DNA from: a virus
Length of the DNA: 41,502 bases
Virus record (IMG/VR): IMGVR_UViG_3300019766_000003
Strand: one strand, 5' to 3'
The notes under the pieces are model-generated. The model made no database searches. It worked only from the letters and a program-made list of their open reading frames with translations, and had not been told where the DNA came from. Positions 41,380-41,502 of this stretch are shown here, one piece after another; position 1 is the stretch's first letter, and each line of letters begins with the position of its first letter. The translations under genes and the position numbers were made by a program.

Positions 41380-41502
41380 ATTAGCCAGTACCCACAGTTT
41401 GCCATTTATAAACATTTAGAATAAAGTGTATCAAAAGTTGACCGGAGGATTATATGGCACTTGTTGTCGGAACAGATACATATGCAGACGTTGCAACCGT
41501 AG
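41380..41502. repeat. Terminal direct repeat, copy 2 (identical to 1-123). Includes the duplicated promoter candidate and the first 49 nt of the connector gene.
   Basis: 123/123 identity with the window start. Confidence 0.95.

Noticed and set aside
40857-41424. Track ORFs 40857-41051 (+), 41005-41238 (-) and 41179-41424 (+) in the large non-coding region
   Set aside because: They have no SD sequences and mutually overlap on both strands. Their composition is unusual (Ser/Cys/His-rich, no recognisable motif). The region is better explained by RNA or DNA structure.

Overview
This window is a complete tailed dsDNA phage genome of about 41.4 kb. Bases 1-123 are identical to 41380-41502, so the unique length is 41379 bp and the contig closes on itself. 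Layout: (i) a rightward head-tail joining and lambda-like non-contractile tail module at 75-13268, with a chaperone -1 frameshift, tape measure, M/L/K-like tip proteins, an I-J fusion host-specificity protein and fibres. (ii) A terminator-insulated accessory cassette at 13283-14512. (iii) A leftward early operon at 14567-19590 encoding small secreted and membrane proteins, SSB, a Rad52-like annealase, Gp157 and an HTH/T5orf172 regulator. (iv) A divergent promoter region near 19600-19700. (v) A long rightward early/middle operon at 19716-32833 with many zinc-ribbon ORFs, a Cro-like HTH, a replication initiator with internal iterons, a DnaC-like loader, MazG, a repeat-flanked methyltransferase cassette, an HNH endonuclease between two broken resolvase genes, an M15 endolysin lysis cassette, a pentapeptide-repeat moron and Lar/DUF551 genes. 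(vi) terS, terL, portal, MuF-like, scaffold and capsid genes at 33138-40250. (vii) A small leftward two-gene insert and a ~550 bp ORF-poor, hairpin-rich region. I recognised no integrase, tRNA, rRNA or CRISPR array. All functional calls rest on motif recognition in the translations and on synteny. No database search was run.
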